Notes under the pieces: generated by a model
What the model was told of the DNA's origin: nothing
The model's database searches: none
The model's input: the letters and a program-made list of their open reading frames with translations, nothing else
Made by a program: the position numbers and the translations under genes
Part shown: piece by piece, positions 17,001-26,007 of the stretch
Numbering within the stretch: position 1 is the first letter of the stretch
Layout of the letters: each line of letters starts with the position of its first letter
Origin: Candidatus Bathyarchaeia archaeon
GTDB taxonomy: Archaea > Thermoproteota > Bathyarchaeia > Bathyarchaeales > Bathycorpusculaceae
NCBI GenBank assembly: GCA_038882655.1
Contig: JAVZNT010000006.1
Span: 1-42,179 of the forward strand
Reading direction: 5' to 3'
DNA: 42,179 nucleotides

Positions 17001-17447
17001 ATTAATATGGGAAACGATGAAAGCGCCTACAAACGCTTCAAAACCATGGTGGAAAAACTTAACGGGCAATTAGTTCTTGCAGAGAAAATTGAGGCTGTCG
17101 ACGCCAAGAAAGTCGCCTTAAAAGTCTTAACGAAACATTTTATCCGCGACATCGCCGGAAACCTAAGAGCATTTTCAATGCAAGGATTTCGCTGTAAATC
17201 TTGCAATAAGCGTTTCCGTCGGTTGCCACTGCGGGGTAAGTGCCCAATATGCGGTGGAGAGTTAACCCTAACGGTTTATCGGGGCGGCATAGAAAAGTAT
17301 CTTGAAGCCGCCGAGCACATAATTAAGAAGTATAAGTTGCCCCGGTATTATAGTCAGCGGATTCTGCTTGTGAGGGAGGAAATTAGCTCGCTCTTTGAGT
17401 GTAAGAAGCCCAAACAGATTAGCCTAGCCGACTTCGCTTTAAAGTGA
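14025..17447 (+). CDS. polD2: DNA polymerase D large subunit DP2 (no intein evident)
   Basis: AGPIRSAGGT, GGFRLRYGR, GARMGRPEKA, Cys clusters, catalytic RRDCDGDED and C-terminal zinc finger. Confidence 0.98.
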   Translation: MGVQMSKSYEKYVATLEGQLGQLYNIATETRKKGFDPEFKPECTVARDMADLIEGLVGPKGVAGRIRELSSKLSREELAFKIAEEIVYGKFGHLEPEAAAEQAIRTALAILTEGVTAAPIQGVAQVKIKTNHDRSKYLAIYFAGPIRSAGGTDQALTLVIGDFIRRILGLDRYKPTEEEIARFIEEVRLYERSVSRFQYHVSDEELQRALRWLPVEVTGTESNPVEVSSYRNLTRIETNRVRGGALRVVNDGVVGRASKVWAIVEKLGIQGWDWLKEIRKMSEKKATGFMDDIVAGRPIFSFPGRRGGFRLRYGRARNTGLTAVGIHPATMLALQDFIAAGTQLRLELPGKGGIAVPVDTLEPPIVKLKDGSVMRVTAENFSDVKDSIEKILFLGDVLISFGDFLYQGKSLVPAGYVEEWWAEDLRKIIAEKFEGDFEKAAAATGIPGERIRSFLEDPFLNKPTCKEAIKISLGVGIPLHPAFTFFWSNLGSAEELKLLREWLASAKVESDGESAYRIIGEMSEHVKRALEAICLPHKVVKGDIIIDGDEACTFAFCLGIKNLNSDFRQAENVLEAIKELCGVVVKDKALTFVGARMGRPEKAKRREMKPLVHVLFPVGLAGGSQRDILEAAKRENIYVEVVKRKCPSCKARTFGIKCLVCGSETVLEYACPRCGRTLNGSRECPVCKVSAVPYEKQNINIKELLDEVYARLGVSTLKVLKGVKGLTNETKTPEILEKGALRAKYDLSVYKDGTIRFDATNAPLTHFKPSEVGVSLKKLVQLGYTSDIYGNPLTTPDQICELKIQDVVIPIRCAEYFVRVANFVDELLMKVYGLSPYYNVKRVEDLVGHLVVGLAPHTSVGIIGRIIGFTSLNVCYAHPIWHSAKRRDCDGDEDALMLALDMLLNFSKVFLPAQIGGIMDAPLLLISVVNPKEVQRQAHDFDVAGAYPLEFYQKTLERAEAKHVSRLIDIIEYRLGTEARYEGYRFTIPVSNINMGNDESAYKRFKTMVEKLNGQLVLAEKIEAVDAKKVALKVLTKHFIRDIAGNLRAFSMQGFRCKSCNKRFRRLPLRGKCPICGGELTLTVYRGGIEKYLEAAEHIIKKYKLPRYYSQRILLVREEISSLFECKKPKQISLADFALK

Positions 17448-17482
17448 AACCTTTTCTATCCCTCATTACAGAATTGTTTTTG

Positions 17483-17752
17483 ATGGGCATGCCCCGGGAA
17501 GAGTATCACCCCAACGCTTACTTAACAGACTTTAGAAACGTTAAGCTAGGCTTGAAAGCGCGCACTTTAATACTAAATTTTCTAGAGAAGTCTTCTTCCA
17601 ACGCGAAAACAGTTGCTAAAGAGACTGGCTTGCCCTATAACGTGGTTTTGCATCACCTAAAACTTCTGGAATCCAAAGGAATCGCGAAAAGAGAAAGCAA
17701 GCGTCCATCTGTTTGGGCATTAACCGGGTTTGGACAAAAACGTTTAGGCTAA
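17483..17752 (+). CDS. Small winged-helix (ArsR-like) DNA-binding protein
   Basis: ARTLILNFL..AKTVAKETGLPYNVVLHHLKLLESKGIAKR..W wHTH pattern. Start uncertain (17444, 17483 or 17489). Confidence 0.8.
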   Translation: MGMPREEYHPNAYLTDFRNVKLGLKARTLILNFLEKSSSNAKTVAKETGLPYNVVLHHLKLLESKGIAKRESKRPSVWALTGFGQKRLG

Positions 17753-18042
17753 CCTTTAAAAGTGCATTGGCACGGCGAATGCCTACATTTCGGGCATTTT
17801 CCATCATACTTGCTGAGGGCAGCCTCTTCCAAGTTTACGTTTGTTATGTTGGCTAATGATGCCAACCATGCAATGACGTCTGCAAACTCGTCCTCTAAGG
17901 CTTTTTTATCGCTTGTTTTTAACGCTTCACCTAGTTCTGCCACCTCTTCGACAAGCCATTCAAAAGTCTTTTCCACTCCTCGCTGTGAATCTCTGTGGAA
18001 ATATAGGATGTGCATCATCTTTTGAAACTCATGCACGTGCAT
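17749..18042 (-). CDS. MazG-like nucleotide pyrophosphohydrolase
   Basis: WLVEEVAEL..EDEFADV (EExxE / ExxD) and C-terminal CPKC..PCQC. Confidence 0.9.
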   Translation of the reverse strand: MHVHEFQKMMHILYFHRDSQRGVEKTFEWLVEEVAELGEALKTSDKKALEDEFADVIAWLASLANITNVNLEEAALSKYDGKCPKCRHSPCQCTFKG

Positions 18043-18078
18043 TTTCCGACACTCGCCAGCCAACTGGTTTGTGTTGTT

Positions 18079-18519
18079 TTAGCTTTTAAAGTTAAGTAAG
18101 GCTTTCTGTCCTTTGACTGTTATGTGGACAACTTTTACTCTCTTTCTTTCAAGGTGAGCAGCAATAAACCGCCTATGGCAATATTTTGGGTTTGGCTCCA
18201 TGCACATTAGGCATGTTCTCTTCTGTTGGGCAATTTCAAGAAGCCTCTTTACGCCTTCCTTGAAAAGTTTGGTTCGCATATGCCTCTTATATCCGCCTTT
18301 TCGGTAGCCCCCCAATTCTTTCCCAAGCCAAACGTATTCTATTCCGTTTTCTGACAGCCACTTCTTCATCTGTTCTCCTCTGAAATGCTCAATTTTTGAT
18401 GTTGGAAAATGGCGGATATCAGCTAACACCTGTATCCCGTGTTCCTTTAACAGTTCTAGGAAGGTGTTTATGGAGCGGTTGCTGTGCCCAATAGTCCAGA
18501 TAGTTACTTGTTTTTCCAT
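18079..18519 (-). CDS. DUF488 family protein
   Basis: IWTIGHSNRS, LADIRHFP, ELGG and LMCME..CHRRFIA motifs. Confidence 0.9.
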   Translation of the reverse strand: MEKQVTIWTIGHSNRSINTFLELLKEHGIQVLADIRHFPTSKIEHFRGEQMKKWLSENGIEYVWLGKELGGYRKGGYKRHMRTKLFKEGVKRLLEIAQQKRTCLMCMEPNPKYCHRRFIAAHLERKRVKVVHITVKGQKALLNFKS

Positions 18520-18527
18520 TGGTGAGC

Positions 18528-19844
18528 CTAGCGGATTTTTATGTATTGGTAGGCTTCTGTTGCATTCTCAAAGCAGTAGTGCGCTTTCTGGAAGTCTTTT
18601 CTGAACTCTGCTACGTCAGCAGCAACTTTTTCAAGTGGTTCCTTATCTAATACCACACGTTTTATGAATTCGGCTATTTCCACCATTTCCGACTCTCTCA
18701 TTCCAAGCCTTGTAACTTCTGAAACGCCTAGCCTTATGCCGCCCGGATGCTGAAAGTGGCGTCCTTCTTTAATGTCCCATGGCAAAAGATTCCTATTAAT
18801 GATTATGTTCGCCTTTTCCAAGGTTTCCTCTATGGTGCCTCCATCGCCATACTTTGTTATGTCTATTAGGATTACATGGGACTCTGTGAACCCTTTATGT
18901 TCGGCTAGGACATTGAAGCCTCTTTCATACAATGCTTGGGCTAAAGCCTTCGCGTTCCTAACAACTTGGCGTGCATACTCTCTTCCAAACTCGAGCAGCT
19001 CGGCAGCGGCAATTGCCACGCCAGCCACTGCGTGCAAGTGGTGGTTGCTCACCATTCCAGGGAAGGTGGCTCGCTTTATCTTGTCGGCATATTTCTCCCA
19101 AGATAAAACTCCGCCATGCTGAGGTCCAAAAAATGTTTTGTGAGTGCTTAAACTTACAACATCTGCGCCTTCGCGGAGCGGGTCTTGGAAACATTTTCCA
19201 GCGATTAAACCAGCCACGTGGGCAGCATCGTAACCGACGGTTCCACCCACTGCGCGTATCGGGTCCGCTAGTTCCTTCACTGGGTGAGGGAATGGGAAGA
19301 CGCTTGCTCCAAACATAACAAGCTTCGGTGGTTTACCCTCAGCCGCAAGCTTTTCTATCCGCTGCTTCGCCTTGTCCACGTCAATGTTCAACTCCTTATA
19401 ATCCAAAGGCAAGTATTCAACCACTAAACCGTGAACTGCGCCCGCTGTGCCTCCAAGCTCTTTCTTGCCCATAGTTATGTGTCCACCACACGGTATGGAC
19501 AAGGCCATCATCACATCACCGGGTTCAGTGAAAGTCGTATAAACAACAAGGTTCGCCACAACCCCAGAGATGGGTCGCACGTCAACAAACTCAGCGTCAA
19601 AAAGTTTTTTCATAAGTTCAATGCATTTAAACTCAACTTGGTCTATGAAGCGGCATCCAGCATAGACCCGTTCTCCGGGCCATCCCTCGGCATATCTGTT
19701 TCCAAAGTCTGTTGTTAATGCTTCGCGTACTGCTGGGCTTGGTATGTTTTCGCTTGCTATTAGAGGTATGCATTCCCGAAACCATGCATGGTGCCTCTGT
19801 AGAACATCTAACACGTACTGATATTCTTCGCGTGGAATAGGCAT
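18528..19844 (-). CDS. glyA: Serine hydroxymethyltransferase (archaeal type)
   Basis: LIASEN, RYAEGWPGERVY, YDAAHVAGL, STHKTFFGPQ and GIRLG motifs. Confidence 0.97.
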   Translation of the reverse strand: MPIPREEYQYVLDVLQRHHAWFRECIPLIASENIPSPAVREALTTDFGNRYAEGWPGERVYAGCRFIDQVEFKCIELMKKLFDAEFVDVRPISGVVANLVVYTTFTEPGDVMMALSIPCGGHITMGKKELGGTAGAVHGLVVEYLPLDYKELNIDVDKAKQRIEKLAAEGKPPKLVMFGASVFPFPHPVKELADPIRAVGGTVGYDAAHVAGLIAGKCFQDPLREGADVVSLSTHKTFFGPQHGGVLSWEKYADKIKRATFPGMVSNHHLHAVAGVAIAAAELLEFGREYARQVVRNAKALAQALYERGFNVLAEHKGFTESHVILIDITKYGDGGTIEETLEKANIIINRNLLPWDIKEGRHFQHPGGIRLGVSEVTRLGMRESEMVEIAEFIKRVVLDKEPLEKVAADVAEFRKDFQKAHYCFENATEAYQYIKIR

Positions 19845-19965
19845 AAATGCACCTCGTTCGCATAATCGCCTTTACCAGAATAAAACTGTTTTGAACATCA
19901 GCGCAAGGTTAATAATGGAGAAGTCCGTATGTTGAAATGCAAGAGCCATATGGAGAACTTTTCCA

Positions 19966-20139
19966 ATGAGCAAGAAAAAGAAGAAAAGCGAGTCAGCGCC
20001 CGTGCCTGCCGCAAGCGCTGGATTGTTGAGGTTCTTTGAAGAGGAAACCGAAGGCGTTAAAGTAAGACCAGAAATTTTAATAGCGGCAGCTATAGCCCTC
20101 ATAGTGATATGTATCCTTGCACGCTTGCTGATTCCATAA
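19966..20139 (+). CDS. secG: Preprotein translocase subunit Sec61beta (archaeal SecG)
   Basis: Manual translation MSKKKKKSESAPVPAASAGLLRFFEEETEGVKVRPEILIAAAIALIVICILARLLIP* (57 aa). AGLLRFF..E..G.K..P motif plus a C-terminal TM helix. Confidence 0.93.
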   Translation: MSKKKKKSESAPVPAASAGLLRFFEEETEGVKVRPEILIAAAIALIVICILARLLIP

Positions 20140-20149
20140 AGTTTACATT

Positions 20150-20437
20150 CTAACGCTTAGAAGTTGAGTGTAAAATCTCTATTCTCTGAACGGAATTTAG
20201 GTGAATGAATATTTCACTGCGTTCTTCTCTGCTTGCTACTTGTGGAATAGGCTGGGCAATTGTTGCACGTAAAACTATGGCTTCAGCATTTGAAAGCCAT
20301 ATTCCAGCTGGTTCACGAGTTACTGCCGCCAAGACACCTTCAAAGCCGTAAGAAGGGTCCAGAATAACGCGGATGCTTCTTCCCAAGTTTTTCTCAAGCA
20401 TGTGGAATACTGTTGGGGGGAGAGTTTGTTCTGGCAT
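20150..20437 (-). CDS. Divergent Sm/LSm-fold protein (putative)
   Basis: Helix then LGRSIRVIL..FEGVL..IWLSNA ... EIFIHLNSVQRIE follows Sm1/Sm2 spacing, but canonical RNA-binding residues are missing. Confidence 0.55.
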   Translation of the reverse strand: MPEQTLPPTVFHMLEKNLGRSIRVILDPSYGFEGVLAAVTREPAGIWLSNAEAIVLRATIAQPIPQVASREERSEIFIHLNSVQRIEILHSTSKR

Positions 20438-20618
20438 GGCACCAGCAAAAACTTATAAGTGACAGTTCAAGGATAAAACACTTGCCCTTCAAAGCAACAT
20501 TTAATGTAACCATTAAGTCACCTTGGTTTAAACCGCGTTAATCCCTTTCATATTTTATGCGACACTTTAATATGCCTTGAGCACTTCAGAAACTCTTTGA
20601 GCGAGCGGGGGGGTAGGC

Positions 20619-22439
20619 GTGGCTAACGATGCCTCTTTCAACCACTATTTAGATAAGGCCGTTAAGCATTATTCATCACTTTTCAGACTTCCTTCATACA
20701 AAAGAATAGTTATACTTCTAGCCGTTTTTTGTATGATCTGTGGTTTTCTATCGACTTTCAGTTTCGCCCTCTCGTTTCTTGGATTAGTCTACGGACTGCT
20801 TCTTGGTTTCACAATTTTTTCCATAACGCTATTCACGAACTATCTCTTAACGCTGTTTCCGTTTAAGGAAGACCCAATTTACGACTTGCGAAGGACTGCT
20901 GCTCTTTCCTTTTTCTGTTGGGCATTTTGGTTCCTTTTCATTCTAACAGGCTATGTGGTGGCTTCTTTTACGGCGTCTTCTCAATGGGCGGTTAGATTTT
21001 GTCTTCTTGGTTTCTCCGCTGTTTTAACATTCCGCATCATCGTCTTACACTCAACATCCTCCATCAATTATCAGCATTTTTTGTTAGCTTCTATCCTCCC
21101 GCCTTTTCTATGCATAATTCCATTTGTGTTTTTATGGTGGCTGAACAGTGCCAACGTTGTGGTTATTTTGGGCTTTTTAGCCGTCGTGTTGGTCGGCGCT
21201 TTCGCCTCAAGCTTCTCCTTCATCTACCTTTTGAACTTTATTGGAAAGCGCTCCATCGGCGAACAATCCATTCCCATTTTTAAAGCTTTCATGCTGAATT
21301 GGGTTGCAGACTTAAACGCCCCCTTCGAGGCTTTCCTTGAAAAATTAAGCGAAGAACATGATGTTGAGGTTTCAATGATAAAGTTTAACAGTTCAAAACC
21401 TAAAGCCTTCATTGTTGTTCCGTCAGTGCATCCGGGGCCTTTCAAGAATGTTGGAAGCAGCCTTTTGCCTTTCATGCTTAAGACTGCTTTGGAGCAAAAT
21501 TTTGGCGGAGTTGCATGTGTGCCATTGGGTTTGTTGGGTCATGAACTTGATGTGGCATCCCAAAGTCAAGTTCAAAAGATAATTGCCGGCGCTCTTGAAT
21601 CCGCAGATTTTAAGGCAAAAGAGGCTAAAGCTACTCCCTTCATTAAAGTTAGCGATTGCCTAGCTACCGCTTGCTGCCAAATTTTCGGCAAAACAGCTTT
21701 AATCTCGTTTTCCCTCGCTCCAAAAACCACTGAAGATTTTCCCAAAGAATTAGGCGACACTGTTCAAAAGGAGGCTGAAAAACTTGGTTTGGAATCTTGC
21801 ATCGCTATCAATGCTCATAATAGCATAGACAGTGCTATGAATGTGCAAACATCGTTAGATGCTTTGCAGCATGTTGCGACTACTTGCCTAAAAAAAGTGG
21901 CCTCTACGCGCTCCGCTCCATTCAAAGTAGGCGCTGCAACCATTATACCTAAGGAGTTTAGCCTTAAGGATGGCATGGGTCCGGGCGGCATAACAGTGGT
22001 AGCTGTTGAGGTTAGCTCTCAGAAAATTGCTTACGTAGTTGTTGATGGGAACAACATGGTTTCAGGCTTGCGGGAAAAAATTTTGGATGCGCTTAAGACT
22101 ATAGGTTTTGCTGAAGGTGAAGTCTTCACCACGGACACACATGCTGTTAACGCTGTGACGTTTAACGAGCGTGGATATCATCCTGTGGGCGAGGTTATAA
22201 GTCATGAGAAGCTTATTGGCTATGTAGTTGAGACTGCAAAAAGTGCGTTATCAAGCTTGGAGCCAGCCAAGTTTGGATACAGAAGCACGCTTATTCCGAA
22301 AGTTAGGGTTATCGGGCAGAAACCGCTGGAGAAATTGTGTGTACTCACGGATAATGTTATTCAAACTGCAAAGAGAATAATTGTTCCCTTGTTTGGTGTG
22401 ACATTTCTTGTTTTAATGTTGGTTTTACTTTATGTTTAG
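20619..22439 (+). CDS. DUF2070 family membrane protein
   Basis: About 6 N-terminal TM helices; HPGPF..VGSS.LP, HELD, NAHN, DGNNM..GLR and TTDTH motifs; C-terminal TM helix. Confidence 0.9.
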   Translation: MANDASFNHYLDKAVKHYSSLFRLPSYKRIVILLAVFCMICGFLSTFSFALSFLGLVYGLLLGFTIFSITLFTNYLLTLFPFKEDPIYDLRRTAALSFFCWAFWFLFILTGYVVASFTASSQWAVRFCLLGFSAVLTFRIIVLHSTSSINYQHFLLASILPPFLCIIPFVFLWWLNSANVVVILGFLAVVLVGAFASSFSFIYLLNFIGKRSIGEQSIPIFKAFMLNWVADLNAPFEAFLEKLSEEHDVEVSMIKFNSSKPKAFIVVPSVHPGPFKNVGSSLLPFMLKTALEQNFGGVACVPLGLLGHELDVASQSQVQKIIAGALESADFKAKEAKATPFIKVSDCLATACCQIFGKTALISFSLAPKTTEDFPKELGDTVQKEAEKLGLESCIAINAHNSIDSAMNVQTSLDALQHVATTCLKKVASTRSAPFKVGAATIIPKEFSLKDGMGPGGITVVAVEVSSQKIAYVVVDGNNMVSGLREKILDALKTIGFAEGEVFTTDTHAVNAVTFNERGYHPVGEVISHEKLIGYVVETAKSALSSLEPAKFGYRSTLIPKVRVIGQKPLEKLCVLTDNVIQTAKRIIVPLFGVTFLVLMLVLLYV

Positions 22440-22490
22440 CTAAACGCTAATAAGGATAGATGCCCCACCTTCCAATTCTCGAGAAAGGGG

Positions 22491-23057
22491 TTGAAAGGCT
22501 TGTTTAGGGAAATTAGGATACATGGTCGGGGCGGACAGGGCGCTGTCACTGCCGCGCAACTGTTAGCTCACGCCGCTCACATAGAGGGCAAGCATGTTCA
22601 AGCCTTCCCGTACTTTGGAGCTGAACGCAGAGGCGCTCCAGTTAAAGCTTTTGCCAGGATAAGCGACGCTCCAATTCTTCTCCACAGTCAAGTCTACAGC
22701 CCAGATTATGTGGTGGTTCTAGACTCGCAGCTCTACAAAATAATTGACGTTGCAGAAGGTCTAAAAAAAGATGGAATAATAGTTGTAAACACCACCAAGA
22801 AACCAGAGGAGTTGGAGCTTAGGGGGTGGCGAGTTGCAACTGTTGATGCCACGGGCATTGCTCTGGAGCTGAACCTTCGTGTGGCAGGCTTACCAGTGGT
22901 AAACACTTCAATCTTAGGGGCCTTTGCCGGGGCAACCGGTGAAGTTCGCCTAGAAAGTGTTTTGAAAGCTATAAGGGAGAATTGGCGGGGAAGCGCTGGG
23001 GAGAAGAATGCCCGTGCAGCTGAACTTGCCTACGAACGCCTAATTAAAGGATGGTGA
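22491..23057 (+). CDS. porC: Pyruvate/2-oxoacid:ferredoxin oxidoreductase gamma subunit
   Basis: EIRIHGRGGQGAVTAA and FGAERRGAPV motifs. Confidence 0.95.
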   Translation: MKGLFREIRIHGRGGQGAVTAAQLLAHAAHIEGKHVQAFPYFGAERRGAPVKAFARISDAPILLHSQVYSPDYVVVLDSQLYKIIDVAEGLKKDGIIVVNTTKKPEELELRGWRVATVDATGIALELNLRVAGLPVVNTSILGAFAGATGEVRLESVLKAIRENWRGSAGEKNARAAELAYERLIKGW

Positions 23058-23061
23058 AAAA

Positions 23062-23343
23062 ATGGCTGTTTCCAAAATACGTAAAGATATGCCTCTTACC
23101 CCAATATCTTACCCGACTTTTGGAAGTATGGGAAAGACAGGGTCTTGGAGAACCTTCCGTCCCATAATAGACTATTCAAAATGCACCAGATGCACGCTTT
23201 GCTGGGTTTACTGCCCAGACGCAGCCATAATAAGACGTGAAGACGACTCCCCCGAAATTGATTACGAATATTGTAAGGGCTGCGGAATATGCGCCAACGA
23301 ATGCCCAGTTAAGGCGATAACGATGCAGAGGGAGGAAGAATAA
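23062..23343 (+). CDS. porD: Pyruvate/2-oxoacid:ferredoxin oxidoreductase delta subunit (2x[4Fe-4S])
   Basis: KTGSWRTFRP, CTRCTLCWVYCP and YCKGCGICANECP motifs. Confidence 0.95.
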   Translation: MAVSKIRKDMPLTPISYPTFGSMGKTGSWRTFRPIIDYSKCTRCTLCWVYCPDAAIIRREDDSPEIDYEYCKGCGICANECPVKAITMQREEE

Positions 23344-24521
23344 TGACGCAAATCATAATTGACACGGCAAACCACATTGCTGGCTATGCTGCCAAAGCCG
23401 CAAGAGTCAAAGTGGTTGCCGCGTACCCCATAACACCACAAACAACCGTTGTGGAAAAAATCGCCGAGTTTGTTGAAAGCGGCAAGATGGACGCCGAGTA
23501 TATACGCGTGGAATCTGAGCATAGCGCCATGGCAGCGTGCATAGGCGCCGCAGCAACCGGTGTCAGAACCTTTACGGCGACTTCAGCTCATGGTTTGGCT
23601 TTGATGCATGAAGCTTTACATTGGGCTTCTGGTGCCCGCTTGCCAATCGTTATGGCTGTTGTTAACCGTGCAATGGGAGCACCTTGGAGCATCTGGCCTG
23701 ACTTCAGCGATTCGCTTTCGCAGCGAGACACGGGATGGATTCAATTTTATTGTGCCGACAACCAAGAGGTTTTCGACACGATCATACAGGCCTACAGAAT
23801 ATGCGAGGATAAGCGGGTTTTTGTGCCGGCCATGGTCTGCCTAGAAGGCTTCATTCTATCCCACACGTACATGCCAGTAAAAATCCATGACCAAGAAGAG
23901 ATAGATGCCTTTCTGCCACCATACAAGTCTGGGTGGATTTTAGACGTGAACAACCCCTTTTCTCACGCGAATCTTGTTTCACCAGAGTGGTACATGGAGT
24001 TCCGCTATATGATACAAGAAGCTATGGAAAACGCCAAACAACTGATACCCGAAATCGACAAGGAGTATGAGCGGCGCTTCGGCTTCCAATATGGTGGGCT
24101 CATTGACAAGTACAAGTGTGAGGATGCGGATTTAATTATCTGTACGATGGGAACGATGGGAAGTGAAGCCAAAATTGCTGTTGACAACCTTAGGAAAGAA
24201 GGCTTGAAAGTTGGTGCCGCTAGGATAAGGGTTTACCGTCCCTTCCCGGGTGAAGAGGTTAGAAAGCTTGCTGAACAAGCCAGCATCATTGCCACAATAG
24301 ACCGCCACATATCCTTCGGAATGGAAGGTTTCCTCGCATCAGAAATTAAGGCGTCGCTCTATCACATGGACGATAAGCCTCTGCTAGCCGGCTTCATTGC
24401 TGGTTTAGGCGGACGGGACGTGACATTTAAGACTATTGAGGCGATCGCCAAAAAATCGCTGAAGTGGATTAAAACGGGGAGGGTTGAGAAAGAAACGGTA
24501 TGGGTTGATTTACGGGAGTGA
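23343..24521 (+). CDS. porA: Pyruvate/2-oxoacid:ferredoxin oxidoreductase alpha subunit
   Basis: AAYPITPQT, VESEHSA, RDTGW and GLGGRD motifs. Confidence 0.95.
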   Translation: MTQIIIDTANHIAGYAAKAARVKVVAAYPITPQTTVVEKIAEFVESGKMDAEYIRVESEHSAMAACIGAAATGVRTFTATSAHGLALMHEALHWASGARLPIVMAVVNRAMGAPWSIWPDFSDSLSQRDTGWIQFYCADNQEVFDTIIQAYRICEDKRVFVPAMVCLEGFILSHTYMPVKIHDQEEIDAFLPPYKSGWILDVNNPFSHANLVSPEWYMEFRYMIQEAMENAKQLIPEIDKEYERRFGFQYGGLIDKYKCEDADLIICTMGTMGSEAKIAVDNLRKEGLKVGAARIRVYRPFPGEEVRKLAEQASIIATIDRHISFGMEGFLASEIKASLYHMDDKPLLAGFIAGLGGRDVTFKTIEAIAKKSLKWIKTGRVEKETVWVDLRE

Positions 24522-25429
24522 AAATTATGGTTACCATTAAAGAGTTTTCGAAAGAGGAGTATCTGCTTAAAGGACATGCAGCTTGTGCTGGATGCGGTCC
24601 CTCAATAGCTCTTCGCCTCCTCTTCAAAGCGCTCGGAAACAAAGTCATTATGGTTGTTCCGGCATGCTGCACAACAGTCATCCAAGGGCCATATCCATAT
24701 ACCTCTTTTGCAGTTCCCCTTCAGAACATGCTTTTTGAGGCGACTGGTGCAACGTGCTCCGGAATAGTGGCAGCCCTTAAAATCCGGGGTTTAGATGACG
24801 TGACGGTAGTGGGATGGGCTGGTGATGGAGGAACCGTGGACATAGGCATACAAGCCCTATCTGGGGCTGCTGAGCGAGAAACCAACTTCATTTACATATG
24901 CTACGATAATGAAGCTTATGGTAACACCGGGCTTCAGCGAAGTGGGGCTACGCCTTATGGCGCTTGGACAACTACCACTCCCACCGGTAAGAAGGAACGG
25001 AAAAAGGACATGCCATTGATAATGGCTGCCCATAAGATACCGTATGTTGCAACTGCATGCCCATCCTATCCGGTGGACTTTGTTAACAAGTTGAGAAAAG
25101 CTAAGGAAATTAGGGGAACCAAGTACATTCATGTTTTGGCTCCGTGTCCAACTGGTTGGCGCTATGACACTAGCAAAACCGTGGAAATTGGGCGACTTGC
25201 GGTTCAAACTGGCATATGGGTTCTTTACGAGATTGAAGATGGAAAGTTTAGGCTTAACCCTCCAAGCGATCGTCTAGTTGATAAGTCAAAACGCAAGCTT
25301 GTGAAAGAGTATTTAGCATTGCAAGATAGGTTCCGCCACTTGACAAACGCTGACATTGAAAAAATTCAACAATGGGTTGACGAGGACTGGGAATACTACC
25401 GAAAATTAGCCTCAAACGAGTGTGTCTGA
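24518..25429 (+). CDS. porB: Pyruvate/2-oxoacid:ferredoxin oxidoreductase beta subunit (TPP-binding)
   Basis: GHAACAGCG, GDGGTVDIG, DNEAYGNTG and PCPTGW motifs. Confidence 0.95.
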   Translation: MKIMVTIKEFSKEEYLLKGHAACAGCGPSIALRLLFKALGNKVIMVVPACCTTVIQGPYPYTSFAVPLQNMLFEATGATCSGIVAALKIRGLDDVTVVGWAGDGGTVDIGIQALSGAAERETNFIYICYDNEAYGNTGLQRSGATPYGAWTTTTPTGKKERKKDMPLIMAAHKIPYVATACPSYPVDFVNKLRKAKEIRGTKYIHVLAPCPTGWRYDTSKTVEIGRLAVQTGIWVLYEIEDGKFRLNPPSDRLVDKSKRKLVKEYLALQDRFRHLTNADIEKIQQWVDEDWEYYRKLASNECV

Positions 25430-25523
25430 TTCAACCCCGCACGGAAAAATATAAGAGCTCCAACATGATAATGATACCATTACAACCGCCGCTATAGAGT
25501 TTAGATGCTGGAAGGAGGTTGGC

Positions 25524-25856
25524 ATGTCAGAGGAAAAGCCTAAGAAGATCGCCAAAGAGGAAAAAACCACAAAAACAGCACGGTCCAATGAAAACACGGT
25601 GCTAATCGGCAGAAAACCAATAATGAACTATGTGGTCGCCTGTCTAACATTCTTCAATTCCGGTGCTCAAAAAATTGTTGTGAAAGCCAGGGGGCGAGCG
25701 ATCAGCAGGGCAGTCGATACTGTTGAGTTGTTAAGAAGAGCTTTTATGAAGGACCTACAACTGAAAGATATCAAAATAGGCACCGAAGAAGTTACTCACG
25801 GTGAAGGACAGAAAACCAACGTTTCAACAATCGAAATAACCGTTGCAAAACCATAA
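25524..25856 (+). CDS. albA: Chromatin protein Alba
   Basis: [22 protein letters not shown] and VSTIEI motifs; GGAGG Shine-Dalgarno. Confidence 0.96.
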   Translation: MSEEKPKKIAKEEKTTKTARSNENTVLIGRKPIMNYVVACLTFFNSGAQKIVVKARGRAISRAVDTVELLRRAFMKDLQLKDIKIGTEEVTHGEGQKTNVSTIEITVAKP

Positions 25857-26007
25857 AAGGCTTGTAACAAATCATTTCACACTGAAAAAGTACAACATGG
25901 CTAGAACTAACTATTTTATACTTTAAATGATGTTTCTTTTGCAAAATTTACAGATAGTTATATATAACTTACTTTGACTTAATGGTTAATTCCGTCTGGT
26001 GAGGCGT

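Noticed and set aside
14025-17447. Possible intein in DP2 (also checked cdc6)
   Set aside because: Lengths are ordinary, motifs are contiguous, and no intein splice-junction or LAGLIDADG signatures were seen.
19872-20102. 76-aa minus-strand ORF
   Set aside because: Antisense to the clearly recognisable Sec61beta gene.
25937-25969. Palindromes TTTTGCAAAA and AGTTATATATAACT upstream of the class III aminotransferase
   Set aside because: Low-complexity AT-rich sequence coinciding with the probable TATA box; not enough for an operator call.
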